A stretch of 64,000 bases of DNA from Nitrospinales bacterium (GTDB taxonomy: Bacteria; Nitrospinota; Nitrospinia; Nitrospinales; VA-1). The stretch is taken from the NCBI GenBank assembly GCA_965223795.1, contig CBDCXL010000002.1, forward strand, positions 3,040,001-3,104,000. Direction: 5' to 3'. How positions within the stretch are numbered: the first letter of the stretch is position 1; the number at the start of each line of letters is the position of its first letter. The notes under the pieces were generated by a model. The model was not told the origin of the DNA, did not search any database, and saw only the letters and a program-made list of their open reading frames with translations. The translations under genes and the position numbers were made by a program. Of the stretch, positions 18,720 to 28,434 are shown piece by piece.

Positions 18720-19958
18720 TTAAACCGTTAGACTGTTGGAAAACATTTCTTCAAAACTGCTCAAATGCGGTTCGATCACCGCCGGCGCCTCGTGGCGTCC
18801 CTGCAGGGCTTCCTGGGTCTTGAGCCCGTTGCCGGTGACGCAGATGACGGTGGGCTCGTCGGGCTGGATGCGTCCCTGCTCGACCAGCTTGCGGGTGACC
18901 GCGAGGGTCACGCCGCCCGCGGTCTCGGTGAAGATGCCCTCGGTTTCCGCCAGCAGCTTCATGGCCTCGACGATCTCTTCGTCGGAGGCTTCCTCGCCGT
19001 AGCCGCCGCTCTCGTTGGCGGTCTTGACGCCGTAATAGCCGTCGGCCGGGTTGCCGATGGCGATGGACTTGGCGATGGTGTTGGGCTTGACCGGGGTGAT
19101 GACGTCCACGCCCTTCTTGATGGCGGTGACCACCGGCGAGCAGCCGTCGGCCTGGGCCGCGAAAACTTTGGTGTTCACTTTGCCGATGAGGCCGAGATCG
19201 GAAAACTCGTGCAGCGCTTTCCAGATTTTGGTGATGAGCGAGCTGCCTGCCACCGGTACGATGACGTTGGCCGGGGCTTTCCAGCCCAGCTGCTCGGCGA
19301 TCTCGTAGCCGTAGGATTTGGAGCCGTCGCCGTAATAGGGGCGGATGTTGATGTTCACGAACGCCCAGTTGTGGTTCGCGCCGATTTCGCTGCACAGCCG
19401 GTTGACGTCGTCGTAGCTGCCGCGGATGGCGATGAGCTGGCTGCCGTACACCAGGGTGCCGAGGATCTTGCCCGCTTCGAGATCGTCCGGGATGAAGATC
19501 ACGCTCTTGAGGCCGGCTTCGGCGGCGTGCGCGGCGACGGAGTTCGCGAGATTGCCGGTGGAGGCGCAGGAGACGGTGTCGAAACCGAACTCGATGGCCT
19601 TGGAAACGGCGACGGAGACCACCCGGTCCTTGAAGGAGAACGTGGGGTGGTTGACCGAGTCGTTCTTGACGTACAGTTCCTTGAGGCCCAGGAATTTGCC
19701 GAGGTTCTTCGCGCGCACCAGCGGGGTGAAGCCGGTGTGCAGGCCCACTTTGGGCTCTTCGTCGATGGGCAGAAACTCCTTGTACCGCCACATGGACGGC
19801 GGCCCGGCCTGGATCGACGCTTTGCTGACCTTTTTCCCGATCGCTGCGTAATCGTAATCGACTTCCAGCGGGCCGAAGCAATACTCACAGACGTGGATGG
19901 GCTCTTTGGGGTATTCCTTTTTACACTCCTTGCAGCGCAATCCTTTCACATGTCCCAT
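18720..19958 (-). CDS. thrC: Threonine synthase-like PLP enzyme
   Basis: N-terminal CxxC..CxxC, PTFSFKDR, CASTGNLANS, TIAKSIAIGNP, TGNGLK. Confidence 0.75.
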   Translation of the reverse strand: MGHVKGLRCKECKKEYPKEPIHVCEYCFGPLEVDYDYAAIGKKVSKASIQAGPPSMWRYKEFLPIDEEPKVGLHTGFTPLVRAKNLGKFLGLKELYVKNDSVNHPTFSFKDRVVSVAVSKAIEFGFDTVSCASTGNLANSVAAHAAEAGLKSVIFIPDDLEAGKILGTLVYGSQLIAIRGSYDDVNRLCSEIGANHNWAFVNINIRPYYGDGSKSYGYEIAEQLGWKAPANVIVPVAGSSLITKIWKALHEFSDLGLIGKVNTKVFAAQADGCSPVVTAIKKGVDVITPVKPNTIAKSIAIGNPADGYYGVKTANESGGYGEEASDEEIVEAMKLLAETEGIFTETAGGVTLAVTRKLVEQGRIQPDEPTVICVTGNGLKTQEALQGRHEAPAVIEPHLSSFEEMFSNSLTV

Positions 19959-20110
19959 CAGAACTTCCTCTTCGTATTTGTATGGTTGTTTTAGCCGGGC
20001 GGGATCTCTTCACATGTCCCATCAGAACTTCCTCTTCGTATTTGTAAACTCAAGCCCGGCGATGGTTGTTTTAGCCGGGCGGGATCTCTTCGCGTGTCCC
20101 ATCAGAACTC
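19944..20110. repeat. Three imperfect tandem copies of the thrC translation-initiation region
   Basis: TGTCCCATCAGAACT occurs three times (start-codon CAT ending at 19958, 20022, 20102); ATGGTTGTTTTAGCCGGGCGGGATCTCTTC occurs twice. Confidence 0.9.
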
Positions 20111-20153
20111 CTTACTCTCTTATCTGAAATCTTTATGCCCGTCGTCCGGGGCT

Positions 20154-21110
20154 TCAATTGAAATATTTGTAAAAACTGAAATAGCGTTCGCCGGTGTCGG
20201 GGAAGATCACCGCGACGTTTTTACCGGGCCCCAGTTCTTTCGCCATCTCGTAGGCCGCGCAGTACGCCGCGCCGCAGGAGATGCCGACCAAAAGCCCTTC
20301 TTCCTTGGCCAGCCGCTGGGCGAACAGGAACGCGTCCTCATCGGAGACCGGACGGATACGGTCGACGATGTCCATGTTCAGCACCTTGGGCTTGAATCCG
20401 GCGCCGATGCCCTGGATCTTGTGCGGCCCCGGCGGGTTGCCGGAAAGCACCGCCGAGGTGGCGGGCTCGACGCCCACGATCTTGATGTCGCTGAAATTCT
20501 GTTTCAGCACCTCGCCGGCTCCCGTCAGGGTGCCGCCGGTGCCGATGCCCGCCACGAACGCGTGCAGCGGGTCGCCGTTCATGGAAGCGACGATCTCGGG
20601 CCCGGTGGTCTGCCGGTGCACTTCCGGGTTGGCGGGATTGTTGAACTGCTGCGGCATAAAGTAGTCGGGGTTTTCCGCCAGCAGCTCCTCCGCCCGCTCG
20701 ATGGTGCCTTCCATGCCGAACTCGGCGCGGCTCAGCTCGGTCTGCGCACCGTAGCTTTCCAGGATCATCCTGCGCTCGGCGCTCATGTTCTCGGACATGA
20801 CCAGGATGACGTTGTATCCCTTGACCGCCCCCACCAGCGCCAGGCCGATTCCGGTGTTGCCGCTGGTCGGTTCGATGATCGTCGATCCCGGCTTCAGCAG
20901 GCCCTTGTTTTCCGCGTCTTCCACCATGGCGAGCGCGATCCGGTCCTTGACGCTGCCGCCCGGATTGCAGAACTCCATTTTCGCGTAAATGTTTGCGCCG
21001 TTGGGTGGAATGACCTTGTTGAGTTTAACCAAAGGCGTTCCTCCGATCAACTCTAAACTATTCTCAAATCTGGTTTTAACTTTTTCCACCGTCTGGGGTC
21101 TGGAGGGCAT
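20154..21110 (-). CDS. cysK: Cysteine synthase A
   Basis: NPGGSVKDRIA, EPTSGNTG, QQFNNPAN, GTGGT, PHKIQGIGAGF, DTGERY. Confidence 0.92.
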   Translation of the reverse strand: MPSRPQTVEKVKTRFENSLELIGGTPLVKLNKVIPPNGANIYAKMEFCNPGGSVKDRIALAMVEDAENKGLLKPGSTIIEPTSGNTGIGLALVGAVKGYNVILVMSENMSAERRMILESYGAQTELSRAEFGMEGTIERAEELLAENPDYFMPQQFNNPANPEVHRQTTGPEIVASMNGDPLHAFVAGIGTGGTLTGAGEVLKQNFSDIKIVGVEPATSAVLSGNPPGPHKIQGIGAGFKPKVLNMDIVDRIRPVSDEDAFLFAQRLAKEEGLLVGISCGAAYCAAYEMAKELGPGKNVAVIFPDTGERYFSFYKYFN

Positions 21111-21143
21111 GGCGTTCGTTTCCGCGCTGGATCGAAAGGATCA

Positions 21144-21172
21144 ATTTTAAGGGATCTTGAAAGCCCCGTCAA
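21144..21172 (-). promoter_or_regulatory. Sigma70 promoter of the cysK operon
   Basis: Minus strand TTGACG-N17-TAAAAT ~35 nt upstream of cysK ATG. Confidence 0.65.
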
Positions 21173-21406
21173 CCGGGGCGAAAAACCTCATCGGGGTAAA
21201 AAAGGGTATTGATTACAATGCGTTCCGGAGGGATGCCTCCACAGGGCCGAAGAACGGGCGGTTTGATCCGCGCCACACCGCGGTCTGTCCTGAAAGGGTT
21301 GATTTTAATGCCGTATTTCCGGGACAGTATGCGGTAGATTCCGGCCGAATTCAACTGGAATTCAGCCCTTCGGACCGGCGATCCCGGTGCGGAAAGACGC
21401 TGTCTG

Positions 21407-23938
21407 TCAACTTTGCGGGGTGAGCTGTTTCAGGTTGCCGAGCCGGCGGCGGAACTGCTGGGTCACGAACTCGGAATCCTCGGCGTTGGAGATGATGTGC
21501 GGAGTGATGAAGATCATCAGCTCGGTCTTGCTGGTCGAATCGGTGTCGGTGCTGAACAGCTTGCCGAGCAGCGGGATCTTGCGCAGCACGGGAATGCCTT
21601 CGTTGGAATCGATGACATCGGTGCGCATCAGGCCGCCCATCACCAGCACCTGGTTGTCCTTGAGCACGACCTCGGTGTTGAGCAGGCGGGTGCTGAACGA
21701 AGGGGTCGAGCCGACGAAGGGGCCCTGACTGGAAATCTCCTGGCTGATCTTGAGATTGACGAAGTTGTCGGAATTGATCTTGGGCACGATGTCGAGCTTG
21801 ATGCCGACGCTGCGATACTCGATGGTCGTCTGGGTCAGCGGCTGCCCGGCGGTGGGCGTGGTGATGGTGGAGCTTTCGATGGGGATCTCGTCGGCGATGG
21901 AGATGTTCGCCGCCTTGTTGTCGGAGGTCACCAGGATGGGATTGGCGAGCACGTTGGCCTTGGAGTCGGTGGCGAACGCCTGCAGCAGGGCGATCAGCTT
22001 GTTGGGATCGCTGGCGAGCAGGCTGCCGCCGGGCTGCAGCAAAGACGCGGTGGCGTTGCCGATCTGCGAGCCGAGCGTGGCGCCGCTGCCCGGCGTCTTG
22101 CTGACGCCGCCGATGAAGGTGGTGCCGCCGGTCGAGCCTTTCAGCGCCCATTCCAGCCCGGCGCGGGTTTCCGCATCCAGGGTGAGGTCGATGATGAGCA
22201 CTTCGATCAGCACCTGCTGCGGGAACAGGTCGAGTTTTTTGATCAGCTCGAGCAGGGCGGGGTAGTTTCTCGGGCTGGTGCGGATGATGAGCGAATTGGT
22301 GTCCTGGTCCGGCAGGATGGTGATCTCGCCGTCGAAGGCGTCCGCCAGCGGTTCGGCCGCGCTCAGCAGCGGCGGCCGGGATTCTTTGGGGTCGGGCTTG
22401 GACGGTTTTTTCTGGGTCGGCTTTTTCTTGTCATTGTACTTGGCGGACGTTTTTTTCACCTCGCCCAGCGGTCTGGGTTTGCCCGGTTCGCTGTTGCGCG
22501 ACTGGAACATGGCGGTGAGCAGGTCGGCGAGCTGGATGGCGTCGGCGTTCTGCACGTAATAGACGAAGGTGCTGATCTCACCTTCGGACACGGGCTGGTC
22601 GAGCTTTTTGATCCAGAACTCGATGGTCGGCAGGATCTTTTCGAAGGCGTTGACCACGAGGATGGAGTTCAGCCGTTCCAGCGCCAGGAAGTTGAGGGCG
22701 CTGCCCAGCGCGTCGTTGTAGCCCATCGAGGCGAAGATCTCCAGCAGCTCATCCACCACGACCAGCGAATCGGCGTGGTTGAGCCGGAACAGCTGGATGT
22801 CCGAGGACGCCAGCTTGTCGATGTCGAGCGCCTCGACGATCTTTAAGATGCGCTTGACGTTGGCGGCCATCTCGATGAGCATCAGGTTCTTGGTTTCCGG
22901 CACGTCGAGGAAGGTGGCGTTGGGGGACATCAACGGCTGCAGGATTTTTTTCATCGACTCCACGGAGATGTACTGCAGCGGGATGATCTGGATGATCATG
23001 CGGTCGCGGTCGGGGATGAAGGGATCGTTGCCGTAGTGGATGCTCATGGGTTTCTGCGACGCGTCCGCGGCGGGCAGAAAGCGGTAGAAGTTGCCGCTCT
23101 TGACCACGGTGATGTTGTGCAGGGCGAGGATCTGTTCGAGCAGCACGTACAGGTCGCGCACGGGAATCTTGTTGAAGGTCTGCAGCGTCACCTTGCCCTT
23201 GATGTTGCCTTCGATGAGGTAGTCGATCTTGAGCAGTTCGCAGAACGTGGTGATGACGTCGTACACCTCGGTGCCTTCAAAGTTCAGTGTGATGTGCTTG
23301 GCCTTTCTGAGACCGGAAGGCAGGGAAGGGGTGGGGTCGAACACCGAGCGGATGTGGGAACGGTTTTCGCGCGCGTGGATGACTTCTTTTTCGACTTCGT
23401 AGGGGCTTTTTCCCAAAGCCGGATCGAACGGCCCGGAACCGTCGGTGATGGTGGAGACCAGCTCGGAGACGAAGAACCGCTTGCCCTCGTCGTTGTTCAC
23501 CAGATACCAGGCGCGGCGGTCTTTGGGGTTGCGCTGGACGCTGAGCAGCTTGAACCGGTCGCCGCGGGCGGCGAGGTGCACTTTTTTGTACTGTGGACCG
23601 GGGCCCTGGCGCAGCGGGACGTTGTTGCCGGAAATTTTCACGTAGCGCGAGGGCGCCGGTGATTCGGGAAGGCGGTTGATCTTGTTTTTGTCGATCACCT
23701 TGAACGGAACCGCTTCCACTTTTGCCGGGACGATGTTGGCATCGCCCTGCGCGCGGATTTCGATGGTGGGACTGGCGGCGGCGTTTTGTTTGCTTCCGCT
23801 CTCCCGGTCGGGCAGCTTCATGGCGTCGATGGGGTTCACATGCGCCTGCAGCTTTTTCACGGCGGAGGGTTCCTGCGTCGCGCACGAGGAAAGGAACCAC
23901 AGGCAAACGAACCCGATCAGCATGTGTGGTGTTTTCAT
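21407..23938 (-). CDS. gspD: Type II secretion secretin GspD with lipobox and N-terminal SH3-like region
   Basis: Lipobox LSSC; ITLNFE N0 domain, DQDTNSLII, QQVLIEVLI, VGIKLDIVPKIN, GIPVLRKIPLLGKLF, ELMIFITPHII. Confidence 0.92.
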   Translation of the reverse strand: MKTPHMLIGFVCLWFLSSCATQEPSAVKKLQAHVNPIDAMKLPDRESGSKQNAAASPTIEIRAQGDANIVPAKVEAVPFKVIDKNKINRLPESPAPSRYVKISGNNVPLRQGPGPQYKKVHLAARGDRFKLLSVQRNPKDRRAWYLVNNDEGKRFFVSELVSTITDGSGPFDPALGKSPYEVEKEVIHARENRSHIRSVFDPTPSLPSGLRKAKHITLNFEGTEVYDVITTFCELLKIDYLIEGNIKGKVTLQTFNKIPVRDLYVLLEQILALHNITVVKSGNFYRFLPAADASQKPMSIHYGNDPFIPDRDRMIIQIIPLQYISVESMKKILQPLMSPNATFLDVPETKNLMLIEMAANVKRILKIVEALDIDKLASSDIQLFRLNHADSLVVVDELLEIFASMGYNDALGSALNFLALERLNSILVVNAFEKILPTIEFWIKKLDQPVSEGEISTFVYYVQNADAIQLADLLTAMFQSRNSEPGKPRPLGEVKKTSAKYNDKKKPTQKKPSKPDPKESRPPLLSAAEPLADAFDGEITILPDQDTNSLIIRTSPRNYPALLELIKKLDLFPQQVLIEVLIIDLTLDAETRAGLEWALKGSTGGTTFIGGVSKTPGSGATLGSQIGNATASLLQPGGSLLASDPNKLIALLQAFATDSKANVLANPILVTSDNKAANISIADEIPIESSTITTPTAGQPLTQTTIEYRSVGIKLDIVPKINSDNFVNLKISQEISSQGPFVGSTPSFSTRLLNTEVVLKDNQVLVMGGLMRTDVIDSNEGIPVLRKIPLLGKLFSTDTDSTSKTELMIFITPHIISNAEDSEFVTQQFRRRLGNLKQLTPQS

Positions 23939-24504
23939 GTCTTTTGCGTTCCTCGCGGCTGCATGATGAATCCCTGAACCCGCAGCTGGGTTTCCAGGGT
24001 TTCCGGTTCGGTTTTGTTGGTCCTTCTCGTGAGCAGGTTTGCCACCACCAGAAGTTTTTCGTGATTTTCGATCTGGTACAGGAAGCGGGAAAGTTTTTTG
24101 AGCGAGGAGCGCAGCGTCAATTCGATAGGGATGGCGGTCATCGTGTCCATCGGTTCCGGCGGCTGCACCCGCACCCGCTCAACCGCCACTCCCGCCTGGC
24201 GGGCGAACTGCTCCAGGATTTTCTGCAGTTTCGCGGTGGCCAGCCCCGGCTTGTCCTCGCTGAGAAACCGTCTGCCGATCTGCGCGCGCGTGGTTTCGAC
24301 GGCTCTGGCTTTCGCCTCGTAATAGGATTTGCGGCTCAGCACCTGCTGGTATTTCTGGATGAAGCGGATTTTATTTTCAATCTGCTGGCTGGCGCTCTTT
24401 TGCTGCGCGGTGAGGGGCTGGATGCCGAACGTGATGAGAAGGTACACGGCGAGGACCGCGCCTCCCGCCCAGAGGAATTTTTTATCCCGTTCGGTGACGT
24501 TCAT
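23935..24504 (-). CDS. gspM: T2SS protein GspM (PilO-like)
   Basis: TERDKKFL + single TM + coiled coil; LSRFLYQIE; operon position. Confidence 0.75.
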   Translation of the reverse strand: MNVTERDKKFLWAGGAVLAVYLLITFGIQPLTAQQKSASQQIENKIRFIQKYQQVLSRKSYYEAKARAVETTRAQIGRRFLSEDKPGLATAKLQKILEQFARQAGVAVERVRVQPPEPMDTMTAIPIELTLRSSLKKLSRFLYQIENHEKLLVVANLLTRRTNKTEPETLETQLRVQGFIMQPRGTQKT

Positions 24505-25979
24505 GGCTTCACCTTGAGGCCGGTGCGCAGAGTGAATTTTTCCCCGTCCTTCTGATTGACGATGCTGCCCACGAATCCGGTTTCCCTGAACACGTGCGAG
24601 CGCTCCAGAAGCGGCACCAGCTTGGACGCGGTGGAAGAGTAACCTTTGATCTCCACTTCGTTCTTCGCGATTTTCAGGTGTGTCAGCCAGGTGTCCCTGG
24701 GAAGGCTGCGGCTCAACTCGACCAGCACCGGCAGCTTGGACGGGTACGCCGCCTGGACGGCGGCGAACGCGTCGGTGAACTGCTTTAAGGATTCGAATTC
24801 GAGATCGATTTTTTCCAGATCCTTTGTCTGGATTTTGATTTCATTCAATTGCCGGTTGAGCTTTTCGAGCGTGAGCTTGTTGTAGACGATCTTGTTGATG
24901 AACAGGCCCGCGAGGATCACCACGGCGGCCGCGGCGATGCCGAGGGTGGTTTTCATCGGGAACCCCTTGTTCGCCGGCGTCTGTGCCTCGGGCAGCAGGT
25001 TGACCTCGATTTTCCGGCGCTGGATTCCCCTGAGAGCCAGGCTGAGCGCGGTGGAGAGGTAGGCTTTGGGAAAGCGCTTGTCGCTGTCGGCCATGACGAT
25101 GCCGTCTTCGGCGGCGCGCACCGTTTCGGTCTCGGCCGCTTTTTGAAGCTGCCGTTCGAGAAACGGCGCCAGCGTGCCCGCATTGACGAGGTGCATGCGC
25201 TGAATCGAAGCGTCGTCGGGCACGTTGCGGCACAAAGACAGGGTCTCGGCCAGCTCATCGACGATGATTGCGGTCAGCCTGCCGGATAGCGCGAGGGTTT
25301 CCTTCTTGTCCAGCTTGCCCTGGAAAAAAACTCTTTCAAACTCGGGCAGGTTGAGCGGGACGTAGCGGGAGAGTTCCAGCGATCGGTCCTTGAGGATGGT
25401 GAGGTCGATGCCGCCGGGCGTCAGGTCGATCACCGCCTCGAGCCCTTGCTGAGAATCGGCCTGCGCCAGGGCGAGGCTGGCGTTGGCGAAGGGCGGCGCT
25501 TCCAGAACCGCCGGTTTCAGGTTGAGCCTGTGCAGCAGGCTCAGGTGGTATTCTGCGATTTCCTTTCGCACCGCGGCGGCGATGACGTGAAACTGTTTGC
25601 CGCCTTTGGCCGCGGTGTGCGTGCCGAAGTACAGATCCTCCAGTTGCGAGGAGAAATGCCGTTCCAGCTCAAAGGGGATCATGGGTTTGAGCGATTTGAG
25701 GTCCGGCGCGGGCAGCTCGAAATTCTGGAAAGTGAAGTGGACGCGCGGCAGGCTGACGGCGACGTTTTCCGGCCACAGGTTCCACTGCATCAGCGCCTGG
25801 TTCATGCGTTCGAGAAATTCCGATTCGTTTTTTTCATCGCCGGGAACCAGAGGCCGGGTGCGGAAGAAATGCGTGCCGATGATCTCCACGGAGCGCAGCT
25901 TTTTCCCGACGAGCGCAAGCCCGATGCAGTCCTCCCGGATGTCGATGCCCAGTGCGTGGTCCAGATAGATCGGTTTCAT
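24501..25979 (-). CDS. gspL: T2SS protein GspL (PilM-like cytoplasmic + PilN-like periplasmic)
   Basis: LGIDI actin-like start, VNLLP, TM, LSRSLPRDTWL, IKGYS; operon position. Confidence 0.75.
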   Translation of the reverse strand: MKPIYLDHALGIDIREDCIGLALVGKKLRSVEIIGTHFFRTRPLVPGDEKNESEFLERMNQALMQWNLWPENVAVSLPRVHFTFQNFELPAPDLKSLKPMIPFELERHFSSQLEDLYFGTHTAAKGGKQFHVIAAAVRKEIAEYHLSLLHRLNLKPAVLEAPPFANASLALAQADSQQGLEAVIDLTPGGIDLTILKDRSLELSRYVPLNLPEFERVFFQGKLDKKETLALSGRLTAIIVDELAETLSLCRNVPDDASIQRMHLVNAGTLAPFLERQLQKAAETETVRAAEDGIVMADSDKRFPKAYLSTALSLALRGIQRRKIEVNLLPEAQTPANKGFPMKTTLGIAAAAVVILAGLFINKIVYNKLTLEKLNRQLNEIKIQTKDLEKIDLEFESLKQFTDAFAAVQAAYPSKLPVLVELSRSLPRDTWLTHLKIAKNEVEIKGYSSTASKLVPLLERSHVFRETGFVGSIVNQKDGEKFTLRTGLKVKP

Positions 25980-26959
25980 GGCTCAAAAAAGTTGTCGTTC
26001 CAGTACTGCGTGAGCAGGGCGGGTTGTTTCCGCGTCCCGGTTTTCTGAATGACCGCGGCGATGCTGTGCCGGGTGCGGCCGATGAAACCGGTGGATTCGA
26101 TGCGGAAATGGCTCGACACGGTGTCGTTGTAATAGCCTTTTTCCTCGCGCAGCCTGAAGATCTCTTCGAGCTGCGATTCGTTGTATAAAATTTCAAGAAC
26201 CTCCCGGCTTGCGGTGTTGGGATTGACCGCGGGCACCGCGTAGGCGGTGAACAACGATTTGAGGCCGGGACGTTTGTCTTCATCGTCCTCACCGGTTCCA
26301 AAAAGAATTTCCTCCGTCATGCCGCGCACCTTGAGCAGTTCGTCCATCGATTCGATGGGCGCGTTCTTGCACCGGTAAGGCGGGTTGAGCCCCTGGTAGT
26401 GCTCGTCCTCGGCGCCGTTGATGCGGTGGTTGGAATCGGCGTCAATCCAGTCGAGGATGGAATCGGCGATGGTGTCGCGTTCCTCACCGATCTCCACGCC
26501 CGCCAGCGTCAGCGCCTTGATGAGCACCGCGCGCGGGGCGTTGTTGATGCCGATTTTGCTGTTCTCATCGGTGATCGCGTAGGAGAGGGTGCCGTTGCCG
26601 AGCGGCAGTCCGGTGCGCTGCACCGGCACGTACTCGAGTTCCTCCTCCTGTTTTTCTCCGCTGGTGAAACGGCCGGCCTGTGCGGCGGGATTTTCCGCGG
26701 GTTTCGGCAGGCCCGCGATGAAGCCGTGTTCCGGATGGCGGGAATGAAACCGCGCGGGCGTCAGCATTTCCGCCTGCGCGAGGGCGATTCCGGCGCGGGC
26801 CAGGTGGTAGGCCTCGATGTCCTCCTTGTGATTGCGCGTGGTGTTGACCTCGGTCTTCATGGAATAGGCGAACTCGGTCGCCAGCGCCATCAGGAGCACC
26901 AGCACCCAGAGGACCACCATCATGGCGAGGCCTTTTTGATTGCGCTCAGGTTTCGGCAT
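25976..26959 (-). CDS. gspK: T2SS minor pseudopilin GspK
   Basis: KGLAMMVVLWVL, ITDENSKIGIN, ILDWID, GAE, ELLKVRG, NPNTA. Confidence 0.9.
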   Translation of the reverse strand: MPKPERNQKGLAMMVVLWVLVLLMALATEFAYSMKTEVNTTRNHKEDIEAYHLARAGIALAQAEMLTPARFHSRHPEHGFIAGLPKPAENPAAQAGRFTSGEKQEEELEYVPVQRTGLPLGNGTLSYAITDENSKIGINNAPRAVLIKALTLAGVEIGEERDTIADSILDWIDADSNHRINGAEDEHYQGLNPPYRCKNAPIESMDELLKVRGMTEEILFGTGEDDEDKRPGLKSLFTAYAVPAVNPNTASREVLEILYNESQLEEIFRLREEKGYYNDTVSSHFRIESTGFIGRTRHSIAAVIQKTGTRKQPALLTQYWNDNFFEP

Positions 26960-27785
26960 CTTCCTCCGATTGCGCCAGGGTGAACTGCATGCCCGTGTGC
27001 AGGGGCACGACGATCGGCGGCGCGTGGCGGAGTTCCGATTCCGCCTCCTGTTTCCAGCCGATCACGATCTCCACCCCTTTGGGCAGCGTGGTTGCCTGTT
27101 TCCGGTCCGCCGCTTGCCGCTTACCGTCTTTACCGGCGGGGTCCTGAATCTGCGGCGGCTGATACCGTATTCGGGACACCCAGGACCCTTTGGCCGGGGC
27201 GTCGTTGTGCGCGTTTTCGTTTTGAAACGGCGTTGCCCGTTCTTCTTCCAGTGCGTAATAGCGGAAGCGCAGGTCCTGCACGCCGCTTGCGAGCAGATAA
27301 TGACGGGCTTCTTTCGAACGCGCGGGGTCGGGTTCGAACACATCGCCTGCGCGGATGTCCCGTTCCATGAGGATGACGCCGCGCTCGCCGGTGCGCGGGT
27401 GCGCGCCGAGGTACACCTGAGTCTCGTGCGCCCAGGGCGGGGAGCCGCCCGCGGTGAGGGGGACGGCGAAGCTGATGAGCCGGATGGAATCCGGCTCGCC
27501 CTCAAAAGCCAGTATTTTCGTGTCTGCGCCCGGCTTTGTGTCTGAGGCGCGGCCCGGTGCGGTGCTGACGAACACGGGATAGGCGGATTTGATCTTCTGC
27601 GACAGCTGCTCGCCGATGATGCGGAAGCGTTGAAAGGTGTCGGCCTTTTTCACGCCCGCCTCGCGCGCCGACATGCCGAGACGCACACCGCCCAGCGCAA
27701 TGCCGACGATGAACCCCACGATGCCGAGAGACAGGATCAGCTCCAGCAGGGTGAAACCATGTGTGTTTTGGATGCGTGCCGTCAT
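26946..27785 (-). CDS. gspJ: T2SS minor pseudopilin GspJ
   Basis: Prepilin motif GFTLLELIL; LRFRY, LPKGVEI; ATG at 27785. Confidence 0.8.
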   Translation of the reverse strand: MTARIQNTHGFTLLELILSLGIVGFIVGIALGGVRLGMSAREAGVKKADTFQRFRIIGEQLSQKIKSAYPVFVSTAPGRASDTKPGADTKILAFEGEPDSIRLISFAVPLTAGGSPPWAHETQVYLGAHPRTGERGVILMERDIRAGDVFEPDPARSKEARHYLLASGVQDLRFRYYALEEERATPFQNENAHNDAPAKGSWVSRIRYQPPQIQDPAGKDGKRQAADRKQATTLPKGVEIVIGWKQEAESELRHAPPIVVPLHTGMQFTLAQSEEDAET

Positions 27786-27789
27786 GCGT

Positions 27790-28434
27790 TCAATTCCCGG
27801 AGATATGCTGCTTGGGCGCGCCGCAGCCGAACGACGCGCCGGAGACGTGCTGTCTTCCCTCGCAGGGATCCGCACCGGAACCCGGCGGAGCGAACGAGGG
27901 GGCTTCCGGCTTGTCGCCGGGTTCTTCCTCGGGCGGCGTGTCCGCGGGCGGCGCGGCGCCGCCGCTGAACACGGCGAGCAGGGTCGCGTCGCTGCCGGGG
28001 CGTTTCGTTCCATCCATCTTCAGTGTGGCGAGCTGCACGGACCGGTTTTTTTTCCCTTCCTGCCAATGGACGTTCATCCGCACTTCCGAAAGCCGGATGT
28101 TCGCCTGCGGATCGTTCAACGGCGTGTCGTGGGGGCGGACCGTCATATCCCAACGGAAACGGGATTCCTTTTCGAAGACGCCCGATGTGGTTTCGGTTTT
28201 GAAATCGAGCAGCTCCATCTCGCTGAGTTTCGAGTTGGCCAGCGTCACCGCCTGGAGATACTGGTCGGACATCCCCACCGAGCGGATGCTGCTGGAGAAC
28301 AGGTTGAGCACCGCCGTGAAGCCCGCCGCCATGATGGCGAGCGCGACGATGACCTCGAGCAGGGAAAAGCCGTGTTCACCGCTCGCCCTTGCGGATGCGC
28401 GGGCTGCCCGTAACGGGGTCGATGTCGATTTCAT
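27790..28434 (-). CDS. gspI: T2SS minor pseudopilin GspI
   Basis: GFSLLEVIVALAI; order H-I-J-K; start uncertain. Confidence 0.8.
   Translation of the reverse strand: MKSTSTPLRAARASARASGEHGFSLLEVIVALAIMAAGFTAVLNLFSSSIRSVGMSDQYLQAVTLANSKLSEMELLDFKTETTSGVFEKESRFRWDMTVRPHDTPLNDPQANIRLSEVRMNVHWQEGKKNRSVQLATLKMDGTKRPGSDATLLAVFSGGAAPPADTPPEEEPGDKPEAPSFAPPGSGADPCEGRQHVSGASFGCGAPKQHISGN

Noticed and set aside
19944..20110. Possible mini CRISPR array
   Set aside because: The intervening sequences are themselves repeated, the unit includes the thrC start codon, and no cas genes are present
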